This document shows, one piece after another, positions 11,143-20,700 of a DNA stretch of 64,000 bases; the stretch's first letter is position 1, and the number at the start of each line of letters is the position of its first letter. The stretch is from an uncultured Thermoleophilia bacterium (GTDB lineage Bacteria; Actinomycetota; Thermoleophilia; UBA2241). A program made the translations under genes and the position numbers. The notes under the pieces were generated by a model, which made no database searches, was not told the origin of the DNA, and saw nothing but the letters and a program-made list of their open reading frames with translations. The DNA lies in contig CAVQSP010000014.1 in the NCBI GenBank assembly GCA_963715985.1, forward strand, positions 288,001 through 352,000, given 5' to 3'.

Positions 11143-11229
11143 GCCGGAGTGGCGGAACTGGTAGACGCGCTGGACTCAAAACCCGGTGCCCGAGAGGGCG
11201 TGTGGGTTCAAATCCCACCTTCGGCACCA
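11143..11229 (+). tRNA. tRNA-Leu (anticodon CAA)
   Basis: Acceptor stem GCCGGAG/CTTCGGC, D loop GGAACTGGTAGAC, anticodon CAA 11177-11179, long variable arm, T loop GGTTCAAATCC, encoded CCA. Confidence 0.95.
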
Positions 11230-11357
11230 ACGTCCCCGACCCGGTCGTGGCCCGCCGCCGGTCGTGGCTTCTGGTAGCATATCCGTTCGGACCGACGTCC
11301 CGCGGCGGGGTACACGTCGCCGCCAGTCCCCGGGTGGCACGGAGAGGAGCTTGGCGC

Positions 11358-12041
11358 ATGACTGTGCGTCTCTTGGGGCTCGACTGCAGCCCTCGCGACA
11401 GAAGCAACAGCGGCATCATGCTCGAGACGGCGTTCGCGGGGCTCGACGAGAAGTACCCCGGCCAGGCCGAGCACGACATCGTCCACCTGCGGGACATCGC
11501 CATCGAGCCCTGCAAGGCGTGCAACGTGTGCGGCAAGACCAAGGATGGGCGCTTCATCCCCTGCGTGCGCGTGGACGACGATGACGTGCAGGCCGTCCTC
11601 GACCAGATGGTGGCCGCCGACGGCATCCTCGTGGCCACGCCCGTCTACTTCGGGCTGCCCACCGACCTGTTCTCGAAGTTCATCATGCGCACGCGGCCGC
11701 TGCGCCATCAGGACTTCAAGCTGGCCAATCGCCCTGTGGGCGTGATGGCCGTGGCCGGGCGCCGCTCCGGCGGCGCCGAGACGGCGATCATCGCCACCTG
11801 GCTGCCGTTCATCCGCAACGGCTGCCTCGTCGTGGGCAACGGCGACGGCACCTGCCAGTTCGGCGCCTACGGCTGGGCCGGTCCCCGCGGCCACATCCTC
11901 AGCGACGAGTGGGGCCTCGAACAGAGCTTCCAGACCGCCGAGCGCGTGTTCACCCTGGCCGGGCTGCTCAAGGCGGGCGCCGAGGCCACGGGCTTCGTGA
12001 ACCCCATGAAGTTCTCGTACAGTGCCGGGACGAGGTCCTGA
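11358..12041 (+). CDS. Flavodoxin-family / iron-sulfur flavoprotein (NADPH-dependent FMN reductase-like)
   Basis: SPR..SNS, CKACNVC, ATPVYFG motifs. Confidence 0.8.
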   Translation: MTVRLLGLDCSPRDRSNSGIMLETAFAGLDEKYPGQAEHDIVHLRDIAIEPCKACNVCGKTKDGRFIPCVRVDDDDVQAVLDQMVAADGILVATPVYFGLPTDLFSKFIMRTRPLRHQDFKLANRPVGVMAVAGRRSGGAETAIIATWLPFIRNGCLVVGNGDGTCQFGAYGWAGPRGHILSDEWGLEQSFQTAERVFTLAGLLKAGAEATGFVNPMKFSYSAGTRS

Positions 12042-12080
12042 CCGATACCGTCCCTCGACCCGCGAGGAGCCCACGACACC

Positions 12081-12329
12081 ATGACCGACGCCGAGACCAT
12101 CCTTGAGTTCATCCGCGACGAGGCCGACCTGGAAGAAGACGAGGTCGGCCCCGACACCTCGCTGTTCCGCGACCAGCTGCTCGACTCGATGAACCTCACG
12201 GCGCTCATCGCGTTTCTCGAAGAGACCTTCTCCATCAAGGTGAAGCCCATGGACATCGTCTTCGAGAACCTGGACACCGTGAGCCACATGCTGGCCTACG
12301 TCGCGCGCAAGAAGGCGGGCGATGCCTGA
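12081..12329 (+). CDS. Acyl carrier protein (DltC-like)
   Basis: Acidic 82 aa with LLDSM phosphopantetheine site. Confidence 0.85.
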   Translation: MTDAETILEFIRDEADLEEDEVGPDTSLFRDQLLDSMNLTALIAFLEETFSIKVKPMDIVFENLDTVSHMLAYVARKKAGDA

Positions 12330-12522
12330 GGCATCCCCTCAGGGTTCACAGGCCGAGACCTCCCCGGAGCCCGCCGCCGCCGAGACGCCGCGCACGAGCT
12401 GGTTCTTCTACGGCCTCGGGCTGAGCCTGCAGACGCTGCTCTGGTTCCTGCTCTTCCTGGCGATCATCGTCGCCGTGCTCGTCGGCGGCCAGCTCACCGA
12501 GTTCCGCTACGTGGGCTTCTGA
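12322..12522 (+). CDS. DltX-like small membrane peptide
   Basis: One TM helix ending in FRYVGF (F-x-Y-x-x-F tail as in DltX and AlgI-type MBOAT tails); lies between the ACP and ligase genes. Confidence 0.65.
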   Translation: MPEASPQGSQAETSPEPAAAETPRTSWFFYGLGLSLQTLLWFLLFLAIIVAVLVGGQLTEFRYVGF

Positions 12523-12541
12523 CCACCCGCCCTCCCGGCAC

Positions 12542-14116
12542 ATGCCCTCCGACTTCATGACCGACGCGGTCGCCCGCCTGCGGGGCTGGGCCGCGGAACG
12601 CCCGGATGCGGTGCTTCTGCTCACGCGCGGGCGCACCTACACGTACGCCGACGTGCTCGAGCGCGCGTCTGCCGTGGCCGCCGGTCTGCGTGCCGCCGGT
12701 GGCGGCCGCGGCCGCCGCGTCGCTCTGCTTCTGGAGGAGTACGACGAGTTCTTCGTCTGCATGCTCGGCGTGTGGCTGGCGGGGGCCGTGGTCGTACCGC
12801 TCAACACGAGCCTGCCCCGCGCCGACGTCGCCTGGCTGCTCGGCAAGTGCGCGCCGGACCTGCTCGTGCTGCCCGGTGGCGATGCGGCCGCACGCGGCAC
12901 CGCGGGCACGGCCGGCGACGGCGGCCCGCTGCGGCTCGCCGTCGCCGCCGGCCCGGACGGCCGCGTCGAGGGCGTGGTGCCGGTCGGGGAGGCGGGCTCT
13001 GCGTCAGGCGCTTCGTCCGGCCGGCCGTCACGGGCCGGGGACGCCCCGGAGCCTGTGCGCGAGGACGAGACTGCGATGATCATGTTCACCTCGGGCACCA
13101 CCGGGCTGCCCAAGGGCGTCTGCCAGACCCTGCGCGCCGTCTCCAGCAACGCGGGGCACGTGTCGGCGGTGCTGGGCCTGCGCCCCGAGGACCGCATCTT
13201 CATCAACACGCCGCCGTACTTCACGAGCGGCATCTGCCACTTCCTCACGCTGCTCGCCGCCGGCGGCGGTCTGGCCGGTCAGCTGGGGTTCTTCTTCGGC
13301 GCCGGATTGCTGGGAGAGATGGAGGCACAGGGCTGCACCGGCTTCGGCGGGGCGCCCGCGCACCTGGTGCGCGTGGTCGAGCCGCTGGAGGAGCCCCGCG
13401 AGCACGCCTTCCGCTTCTGGGTGAGCAGCGGCGACCACCTTCCGCTGCACGTGATCGAGAAGTTCCGCCGGGTGCTCCCCGGCGTGGACCTCTTCAACAT
13501 GTACGGGCTCACCGAGGTGAGCGGCCGGCTGTGCGTGCTGCCGCCGGCCGAGCTCCACACGCTGGAGGGCTCCGTGGGCCGCCCCATCGGGGACATGCGC
13601 GTGGTGGCGCGGCGCGGCGAAGGCGCCGAGGCGGCGCCCGGCGAGACCGGCGAATTGTTCGTGACGGGCTCGCTGCTCATGCAGGGCTACCTGGACGAGC
13701 CCGAGATCACGGAGCGCACGCTCACAGAGCACGGGCTCAAGACGGGCGACTTCGGGCACGTGGACGCGAGCGGCGCCGTGTGGATCGCCGGGCGCAAGGA
13801 CGACATCATCAAGCGCGGCGGCGAGAAGGTGAGCATCGTGCACGTGCAGCAGGCTCTGCAGGGCCTGGGCCGCTTCGCCGACGTGGCCGTGCTCGCCGCC
13901 CCCGACGACATCCTCGGGCACGTGCCCGTGGCCTTCGTCGTGCCGCACGACAGGGAGGGGTTCAAAGCCTCCCGGCTGCTCCGCGAGCTGCGCGGCGTGC
14001 TGCCGTCCGCCTCCCTGCCCAGCCGCGTGATCGCCGTGGACGAGATCCCGCGCACCGGGTCCGGCAAGGCCATCCGCGCCCGCCTGGAGGAGTTGCTCGC
14101 GGAGGACGCCCGGTGA
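12542..14116 (+). CDS. AMP-binding adenylate-forming enzyme (acyl-ACP/CoA ligase family)
   Basis: FTSGTTGLPKG, YGLTE, TGD, GRKDD, PRTGSGK. Confidence 0.9.
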   Translation: MPSDFMTDAVARLRGWAAERPDAVLLLTRGRTYTYADVLERASAVAAGLRAAGGGRGRRVALLLEEYDEFFVCMLGVWLAGAVVVPLNTSLPRADVAWLLGKCAPDLLVLPGGDAAARGTAGTAGDGGPLRLAVAAGPDGRVEGVVPVGEAGSASGASSGRPSRAGDAPEPVREDETAMIMFTSGTTGLPKGVCQTLRAVSSNAGHVSAVLGLRPEDRIFINTPPYFTSGICHFLTLLAAGGGLAGQLGFFFGAGLLGEMEAQGCTGFGGAPAHLVRVVEPLEEPREHAFRFWVSSGDHLPLHVIEKFRRVLPGVDLFNMYGLTEVSGRLCVLPPAELHTLEGSVGRPIGDMRVVARRGEGAEAAPGETGELFVTGSLLMQGYLDEPEITERTLTEHGLKTGDFGHVDASGAVWIAGRKDDIIKRGGEKVSIVHVQQALQGLGRFADVAVLAAPDDILGHVPVAFVVPHDREGFKASRLLRELRGVLPSASLPSRVIAVDEIPRTGSGKAIRARLEELLAEDAR

Positions 14117-15180
14117 GGGGCTTCAGGGCCGGCTTCCGCAACCGCAACCCGCTCGTCCTTGTCGTCGCCGGCCTGCTCCTCCTGCCGGCGCTCCTCGGTT
14201 TCCAGTACTACTTCACGAGCGGCGCCTGGAGCGACGTGCCGCTCAAGTATTGGCTGCGCAACCCCACCGACTCGTTCACCTACGTCTCCTGGACCGTGGG
14301 TCACACCAAGCTGCAACCGCCGCCCGCTCCCGCCCTGTATCTGACGGGCGGCTCGTCGGCCCGCGAGGCCCTCGTCAGCGGGGCCGGCCTGGCCGCCGAC
14401 GTGCGCACACTGGGCGGGCCCAGCATCAGCGCCTGGGACCTGGGCTTCATCAACCAGAACTTCGCCGAGACTCTGGCGATCGCCGACAACGTGCCCGCCG
14501 ACGGATCCTGGGTGCTGGTCGGTGTGAACCTGGGACGCTTCGCGTCGTACCCGGCCGCGAACGAGCGCCAGGTGGTGGGTCGCGACCTCCTGCTCAAGAG
14601 CGCCTTCCTGCACAGCTACGTAGCGGACACCTACGGCCACTACACGTACTCGTTCACGATCCTGCCGGGCATCTTCTCGTACCTCACCAGCTATGCGAAG
14701 AAGGACGGCACGAGACTGCTCGAGGGCAAGCTCCCGGCGAGGGAGTACCGCCAGCACCAGTACACCGTGGCCAAGAACCACAGCGACGCCCAGAAGCGGC
14801 GCATGGTCAAGACGTGGCTGGCCGACCGCTACCCCGTGTTCCGCCACAACCTCAAGTACAACCTGGCCATGCTCGAGCAGATCCTCGTGCGCTGCCGCCA
14901 GCGCGGTGTGCACGCCGTGATCGTGGAGCTGCCGCTCAACCGCGACATCGTCGGCAAGCGCTTCGAGAAGGCCATCGTGCTGTACCGCGTGCCTACGATG
15001 GCCCTTGCTGCCGAGTACGACGCGCCCTACGTGGACGTGAACGCCGCGGCCGCAGTGCCGAACCGCGACTTCCACGACCTCTCGCATCTCGTGGAGCCGG
15101 GCCGCGTGCTGTGGCAGCGGCAGCTGGCCAAGGCGCTGGTGCCGCTGCTCGGCGCGGCCACCCCGGGAGGCACGCAGTGA
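14113..15180 (+). CDS. Membrane-anchored SGNH/DltD-like acyltransferase
   Basis: N-terminal TM, LYLTGGSSA nucleophile block, C-terminal DFHDLSHL (DxxH). Confidence 0.6.
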   Translation: MRGFRAGFRNRNPLVLVVAGLLLLPALLGFQYYFTSGAWSDVPLKYWLRNPTDSFTYVSWTVGHTKLQPPPAPALYLTGGSSAREALVSGAGLAADVRTLGGPSISAWDLGFINQNFAETLAIADNVPADGSWVLVGVNLGRFASYPAANERQVVGRDLLLKSAFLHSYVADTYGHYTYSFTILPGIFSYLTSYAKKDGTRLLEGKLPAREYRQHQYTVAKNHSDAQKRRMVKTWLADRYPVFRHNLKYNLAMLEQILVRCRQRGVHAVIVELPLNRDIVGKRFEKAIVLYRVPTMALAAEYDAPYVDVNAAAAVPNRDFHDLSHLVEPGRVLWQRQLAKALVPLLGAATPGGTQ

Positions 15181-16427
15181 AGATCTACTTCACCGTGTAC
15201 CTCATCCCGGTGGTCGTCATCGCGCTGCTGGTGTTCTGGCTCGCCCTGCGCCGTCAGGAGCGCGCCAAGCTCGTCTTCCTCGCCCTGCTCTCGGTGGGCG
15301 CACTGGCCGTGCTCAACCCGGTCTTCGCGGCCATCGCTGTGGGGCTGGTGCTGATCGCCCACCAGCTGGTGGAGCTCAAGCGGCGCGGCCGCCTCAGCGG
15401 CGGCCGCGTGGTCCTGCTCATCGTGCTCATCGGTGTGGTCACGCTGGCAATCGGCAAGTACGGGCAGCGTGGTGCCATGGCGGTGTGGGGCGACGACGAC
15501 TGGATCGTCGGCCGCCTCATCATGCCGCTGGGCATCAGCTACTTCGTGTTCCGCCTGCTCCAGTACGTGTTCGACTGCATGCGCGGCGTGATCCAGGAGA
15601 ACTCGTTCCTGCGCCTCGTCGCCTTCGTGATGTTCATCCCCACCTTCCCGGCCGGCCCCCTGGAGACCTACCAGGGGTTCTACGAGAAGCGCAGCTACCA
15701 CTTCGACCGCCAGCTCTTCTACCTCGGCCTCCGGCGCATCGCCCTCGGCTACTTCAAGAAGGTCTTCGTGGTCGACTTCCTGTTCTCGATCTTCTTCCAG
15801 GGCATCATCGACGCGGTCAAGGTGGCACACCCCGACTGGAGCGGCATGAACCAGCTCGTGCCGCTGGCCTACGTGATCATCGTGTTCGTGCGCGCCTACT
15901 TCGACCTCTCCGCGTACACCGACCTCGCGATCGGCTTCTCGGCTCTGTTCGGCTTCCGCATCATGGAGAACTTCCACCTGCCCTTCCTGCAGAAGAACCT
16001 CAGCGACTTCTGGCGCAGCTGGCACATCTCCCTCTCCACGTGGTGCCGCAACAACGTGTACTTCCCGGTGTTCGGCCTCACGCGCAAGGTCTGGCTGGGG
16101 CTCTACGCGAGCATGCTCACCATGGGCCTCTGGCACTACGTGGACCTGCAGTGGCTCGCCTGGGGCCTGTACCACGGGACCGGGCTGGTGGTGTTCTCGC
16201 GCTGGGAGCGCTGGAAGAAGAAGCGCCGCAAGGCGCGCAAGAAGGCCGGCAAGCCCCCGGCGGCGGGCTACGAGAAGTTCCTGGGCTGGATCGGCTATCC
16301 CGCCACCTTCCTCTACGTGGCGCTGGGGTACGCGTTCGTCTCGTCGGTCACGTTCCAGCACGCACTCGCCCTCTTCTACAACGCACTCATCGGCCCCATA
16401 CTCTGGCTGACCGGTCATCCTCTGTGA
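15177..16427 (+). CDS. MBOAT family O-acyltransferase (DltB/AlgI-like)
   Basis: PLGISYFVF, DLSAYTDLAIG, ENF..PF, FWRSWHISLS, GLWH. Confidence 0.92.
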   Translation: MKIYFTVYLIPVVVIALLVFWLALRRQERAKLVFLALLSVGALAVLNPVFAAIAVGLVLIAHQLVELKRRGRLSGGRVVLLIVLIGVVTLAIGKYGQRGAMAVWGDDDWIVGRLIMPLGISYFVFRLLQYVFDCMRGVIQENSFLRLVAFVMFIPTFPAGPLETYQGFYEKRSYHFDRQLFYLGLRRIALGYFKKVFVVDFLFSIFFQGIIDAVKVAHPDWSGMNQLVPLAYVIIVFVRAYFDLSAYTDLAIGFSALFGFRIMENFHLPFLQKNLSDFWRSWHISLSTWCRNNVYFPVFGLTRKVWLGLYASMLTMGLWHYVDLQWLAWGLYHGTGLVVFSRWERWKKKRRKARKKAGKPPAAGYEKFLGWIGYPATFLYVALGYAFVSSVTFQHALALFYNALIGPILWLTGHPL

Positions 16428-16431
16428 TGGG

Positions 16432-17643
16432 ATGAGTGTGGCGGTGGCAAAGGAACCCGTCAGCGCCGGCGGCGGGCCGGCGCGCCCGCGCCGCGCAGCC
16501 TTCGCCCGAGGGTTCCGCCAGCGGAACCCTCTGGTGCTCGTCGCCGCGGCGTTGCTCGCCGGCCTGCTGATCCTGCTGGCGCAGCAGGTCTTTCTCCGTG
16601 GCGGTTTCACCGCCGTCTCCGAGGGTCGCTTCCTGCGCATCGAGAACGACGACTACGTCCACCTCGCCTACAGGCTCGCGCAGCTCAAGAAGGACCCGCC
16701 GGTGGGCCCGACCCTGTACCTCTTCGGCGGCTCCGGGGCGATGGAGTCCATCGTGAGTCAGCGCTCGCTGGCGCAGCAGCTCGAGCGCGACGGCGCCGGC
16801 GAGGTCAACGTGATCAGCCTCGCGGCGCACCGCGAGACCCTGGCCGCGACGCTCGCGCTCATCGACAACCTGCCGCCGGGCCAGGTGGCCCTTGCCGTGG
16901 GCCTCACGCCGATGCGCTTCACCACCTCACCGGCAGAGGACGCCGGGCTGCTGCAGGGCAAGCCGATCATCGTGAAGAGCCCCCGGCTGGCCGAGCTGGG
17001 GCCGCGCCTCTACGGTAAGGACTCGCGCTTCTGGGGGCTGCTGCCGGGCATGTTCGACTACGCCGGCGCCTACATCCGCGAGCGCGCCAGCGCCCCCTTC
17101 TGGGGCGTGCGCATCCCCTACGCCCACCACTACTGGCAGAAGGGGGAGACCGGCGCCCTGCCGCTGGCCAAGCGCCGCAACGTGCTCTCGGTGCTGGCTC
17201 GCGACCAGCGGCTGTACGCGGAGAACGCGGACTACAACTTCGAGGTGCTCAGGGAGATCCTGCGCCTGGCCGGCGAGCGCGGGTTCTCCGTGGTGCTGTG
17301 GGACCAGCCCCTCAACGGCTCGGCGGCCGGCCCGGACTGGGCCGGGGTGGTGCCGGCCTACCGCAGGCGCGCCGAGGCGCTGGCGCGCGAGGCCGGCGTG
17401 CCGTATGTGCACCCCGGCGACACCGCCCGCCTGGAGGACGCCGACTTCGCCGACCTCTTCCACCTGCTTGACCGCGGGCGGCTCAAGTGGCAGCCGTCGT
17501 TCTCGAGGGAAGTGACCGCGGCCATCGGCCTGCTGGGCGGCAGCGCCGCGGCCGTGCCCGTCGGCATGGACCAGCCTGCGCCGCCCCCGCTGCCGGAGCC
17601 GTCGCTCTCGCCGATCCTGCCGACGGCTGCGCCCGCGCCTTAG
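16432..17643 (+). CDS. Second membrane-anchored SGNH/DltD-like protein
   Basis: Paralog of 14113-15180 (RNPLVLV, LYLFGGSGA, DFADLFHL). Confidence 0.6.
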   Translation: MSVAVAKEPVSAGGGPARPRRAAFARGFRQRNPLVLVAAALLAGLLILLAQQVFLRGGFTAVSEGRFLRIENDDYVHLAYRLAQLKKDPPVGPTLYLFGGSGAMESIVSQRSLAQQLERDGAGEVNVISLAAHRETLAATLALIDNLPPGQVALAVGLTPMRFTTSPAEDAGLLQGKPIIVKSPRLAELGPRLYGKDSRFWGLLPGMFDYAGAYIRERASAPFWGVRIPYAHHYWQKGETGALPLAKRRNVLSVLARDQRLYAENADYNFEVLREILRLAGERGFSVVLWDQPLNGSAAGPDWAGVVPAYRRRAEALAREAGVPYVHPGDTARLEDADFADLFHLLDRGRLKWQPSFSREVTAAIGLLGGSAAAVPVGMDQPAPPPLPEPSLSPILPTAAPAP

Positions 17644-17644
17644 A

Positions 17645-17765
17645 GAGCGGTGTGCCTGCGCGCATCGAGCGGTTGCCGCGGCGCCCCACTCGCTGGTTTG
17701 CCTGCGGCCGCTAGTGAGCGGTGTGCCTGCGGCGCCCCACTCGCTGGTTTGCCTGCGGCCGCTAG
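17645..17765. repeat. Tandem ~50-bp REP/MITE-like element (one partial and two near-full copies)
   Basis: GAGCGGTGTGCCTGCGGCGCCCCACTCGCTGGTTTGCCTGCGGCCGCTAG at 17716-17765, a variant at 17667-17714, a partial copy at 17645-17660. Confidence 0.85.
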
Positions 17766-18829
17766 CCGCGCGGGATGAAGCGCGCCGCGTCCCAGCCGTC
17801 GGCCACGCGGCGCGCCACCGCGGCCGCCAGCAGGGCGCCGGCCTCGGCGTCGTCGGGCTGCATGACCTCGAACGCCGAGTGCATGTTGCGCACGGGGATG
17901 CTGAAGGAGAGCGTCGCCGCGGTGCCTGCCGCCATGAACTCCTCGGCGTCGGTGGACGTGCGCCCGGGCATGGCTTTGACCTGTACAGGGATGCCCTCTT
18001 CCGCGGCCACCTCGCGTGCCAGCTGCAGCAGGGCCTGATTGCCGGCGGCGCCGCGGTGCAGCACCGGGCCGGCGCCGAGCTTGACCTCGCCGCCGAGCTT
18101 CTTGGCGTCGTTGCCGGGGTCGTCGCTGGCGAAGTCCACGTCGACCACGATGATCACGTCGGGACACAGGCGCCGGGCCGCGGCCTTGGCGCCCATGAAG
18201 GTGGTCTCCTCGTGCACCGTCGTCAGGGCAGTGAGACGGGCGGCCGCGGGCCGCTCCGCGTAGAGCTCCAGGGCGCGGGCGGCCACGTACACGCCGGCAC
18301 GGTCGTCGAACGCCGGTGAGCCGTAGCGCCCGTTGGCCAGCGGCAGGAAGACGGGCGGGAACGTGATGGGGTCGCCGACGCGCACCAGGGCGAGCGCCTC
18401 CTCGCGGGAGGTGGCCCCCACGTCCAGCCACTGCTCGTGCAGCTCCGGCGCCCGCGAGCGCTCTTCCTTGGTCATCTTGTGCGAGGGGCGGCGGCCCACG
18501 ACGCCGTTCACCGGCCCGTCCGGGCCGTGCACGACGAGGTTGCGGCCCGGCAGCAGCTGCGGGTCCACGCCGCCGATCTTGTCGAACGAGATGAAGCCGT
18601 CGTCGTCCACGTAGGTGACGATGAGGCCGATCTGGTCGTTGTGCGCCGTGACGACCACGTGAGGGATGCCGTCCGGCTGCACGTCGGCCCAGACGTTGCC
18701 GAGCGGGTCGCCGTCCACGGCGGCGATGGGGGAGAGGCGCCGGCGAACGACCTCCTGGGCAGGCGCCTCGAAACCGGTGGGCGCCGGCGCGGCGCACAAC
18801 TCACGCAGGAAGTCGAGATCGGTCGGCAT
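17762..18829 (-). CDS. M42/M20 family metallo-aminopeptidase
   Basis: AHNDQIG, FDDRAG, VHEET, VDVD, RNMHS metal ligands. Confidence 0.9.
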   Translation of the reverse strand: MPTDLDFLRELCAAPAPTGFEAPAQEVVRRRLSPIAAVDGDPLGNVWADVQPDGIPHVVVTAHNDQIGLIVTYVDDDGFISFDKIGGVDPQLLPGRNLVVHGPDGPVNGVVGRRPSHKMTKEERSRAPELHEQWLDVGATSREEALALVRVGDPITFPPVFLPLANGRYGSPAFDDRAGVYVAARALELYAERPAAARLTALTTVHEETTFMGAKAAARRLCPDVIIVVDVDFASDDPGNDAKKLGGEVKLGAGPVLHRGAAGNQALLQLAREVAAEEGIPVQVKAMPGRTSTDAEEFMAAGTAATLSFSIPVRNMHSAFEVMQPDDAEAGALLAAAVARRVADGWDAARFIPRG

Positions 18830-19001
18830 GGGTCCCTCCGCGGTCGCACGTGAGTGGGTCGTGCCGGCTCGAGAGGCCGGCGAGCTGAGGGAATCCTATC
18901 GCACGCCGGCCCGGACGGTTCCGGCCGCCGGGCCGCCCGCCACCTGGGCTCGCGCGGTCGGCGGTCCGTCCGCTGCCCGGCCCGCCCCGCCGTAGTATCG
19001 T

Positions 19002-20675
19002 GTGCGCATCGACCCTACGCCTGGCATCCCAACGCGCTCCGCGCAGCGCCGATCCGCGGCCCGCCGCCGCCAGCTCGCGCGACGCCGCGGCGCTCGCGCT
19101 GCTCGTCGGCGTGGTGGTCCTCGCCCTCATCCTGTGGCGGGCGGCGGCCTGCGCCTGCGGAGGCACGCCCGAGGTCAAGGTCACGTACGGCCCCGTGCCG
19201 CCTGCGCCCATCCCGTCGCTCACCGGCGACGGCGTCAAGGTGGGCACCTTCCTCGGCAACTATTCGCGTCGTTTCTACGGGCTGGGTCCAGTGCCCTCAC
19301 GCCTCGACGTGCTTTGGAAGGTGCGTCTGGGCGAGGGCTGGACCAGCGGCAAAGAGGTCACCGACCCGCCCAACAAGTGGGCCGGCAGCGGCTGGACCGG
19401 TATGCCCAACGTGGTCGTGGACAGGGGCAAGACGTACATCGTGGTGGGCGGATACGACCACCGACTCCGCCGCCTGGACGCCGTCACGGGCGACGTGGTC
19501 TGGGAGTACAAGTACGACGACATCATCAAGAGCAGCCCGTCGGTGTTCAAGAACCCGCAGCCCGCGGGCCGCCGACGATGCATACATCGTCTGCGCCGGG
19601 TCGCGGCGCGGGTATCCGCTCGCGATCGACGACCCCAACGTGGCTCCGTACCGGGCCGTCACGTTCGGCAGCGGCAAGGAGCTCTGGCGGCTGCCGGTGC
19701 CGAAGACGGCCTCCTACAGCCGCGACACGGACGGCAGCGGTTTCTTCCTGGACGGGCGCCAGTACATCGGCGTGGAGAGCGGGTGGTTCTACGCCCTCGA
19801 CCCGCTGCAGACCACCGCGTGGAACGGCTTCAAGAAGCCGCAGATCGTCGCCCGGCGCCTGCTGCTCGGCGACGAGCGCGCCGCCGTCTCACGGCGGCAA
19901 CCTCGTGCTCGAATCGTCGGCCTCCGTGCTGGGCAGCCGCATCTACATCGCCTCAGGGGCCGGTCACGTGTACGGCATGCGGCGCGGTGATCTCGCCGTG
20001 ACGTGGGACTACTTCACCGGCTCGGACCTCGACGGCACCGTGGTGCCCACGCGCCGCGGCAAGCTGCTGGTGCCCGTGGAGAAGCAGTACATCAAGGGCC
20101 ACGGCGGAGTGCTCGGCCTCGATCCCACCAAGCCCCCCGAGTCCGCCACGGAGTGGTTCTTCCCCACCGACGAACGCAAGGTGGGGGAGTGGCGCGGCGG
20201 CCTGATCGGCTCCTGCGCCGTCAACGACGAGTACAACCGCGACGGCAAGCTGCCGGCGCTCATCGCCTTCAACGCCATCGACGGGAACACGCACCTGGTC
20301 TCCCAGGACACGATGAGCGGGCAGACCGTCAAGGGTCCCAACCTCGAGCCCGGCCTGCAGACCCCGGTGGAGGTGGCCAAGCTGTGGAACACCGGCGCCG
20401 TCTCCACGCCGCTGCTCCTCGCCGACACGCTCATCACCGCCGCCTACGACCAGCGGGTCCATCTCTACCACCTGACGTTCACGCCCTCCGAGCTGGGTCT
20501 CGAGGGCGCGTTGCCCAGCGCCAACGGCGACGGCAAGTACTGGCGCGTGAGCGTCACCGAGACCGACCAGTTCTTCGCCGGCGCCGGCTTCGAGAGCACC
20601 CCCACACTGTGGGACGGGCGCGTGTACGTGGGCTGCCGCGACGGCTGGTTCTACTGCCTGGGCGACAGACCCTGA
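19002..20675 (+). CDS. Membrane-anchored PQQ-like beta-propeller protein, apparent frameshifts (~19060, ~19570, ~19885)
   Basis: TM anchor; repeats such as DAVTGDVVWEY, GKELWRL, ESTPTLWDGRVYVGCRDGWFYCL spread over three frames. Confidence 0.65.
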   Translation: MRIDPTPGIPTRSAQRRSAARRRQLARRRGARAARRRGGPRPHPVAGGGLRLRRHARGQGHVRPRAACAHPVAHRRRRQGGHLPRQLFASFLRAGSSALTPRRALEGASGRGLDQRQRGHRPAQQVGRQRLDRYAQRGRGQGQDVHRGGRIRPPTPPPGRRHGRRGLGVQVRRHHQEQPVGVQEPAARGPPTMHTSSAPGRGAGIRSRSTTPTWLRTGPSRSAAARSSGGCRCRRRPPTAATRTAAVSSWTGASTSAWRAGGSTPSTRCRPPRGTASRSRRSSPGACCSATSAPPSHGGNLVLESSASVLGSRIYIASGAGHVYGMRRGDLAVTWDYFTGSDLDGTVVPTRRGKLLVPVEKQYIKGHGGVLGLDPTKPPESATEWFFPTDERKVGEWRGGLIGSCAVNDEYNRDGKLPALIAFNAIDGNTHLVSQDTMSGQTVKGPNLEPGLQTPVEVAKLWNTGAVSTPLLLADTLITAAYDQRVHLYHLTFTPSELGLEGALPSANGDGKYWRVSVTETDQFFAGAGFESTPTLWDGRVYVGCRDGWFYCLGDRP

Positions 20676-20700
20676 CGGCGGGCGCCCGCGCCGGCGGCGC

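Noticed and set aside
11143-11229. tRNA-Leu as an island integration site; A-C mismatch at the base of its anticodon stem
   Set aside because: No adjacent integrase and no duplicated tRNA 3' end in the window; the single mismatch may be tolerated or a read error
17645-17765. Tandem repeats as a mini CRISPR array
   Set aside because: The repeats are adjacent with no unique spacers, and no cas genes are present
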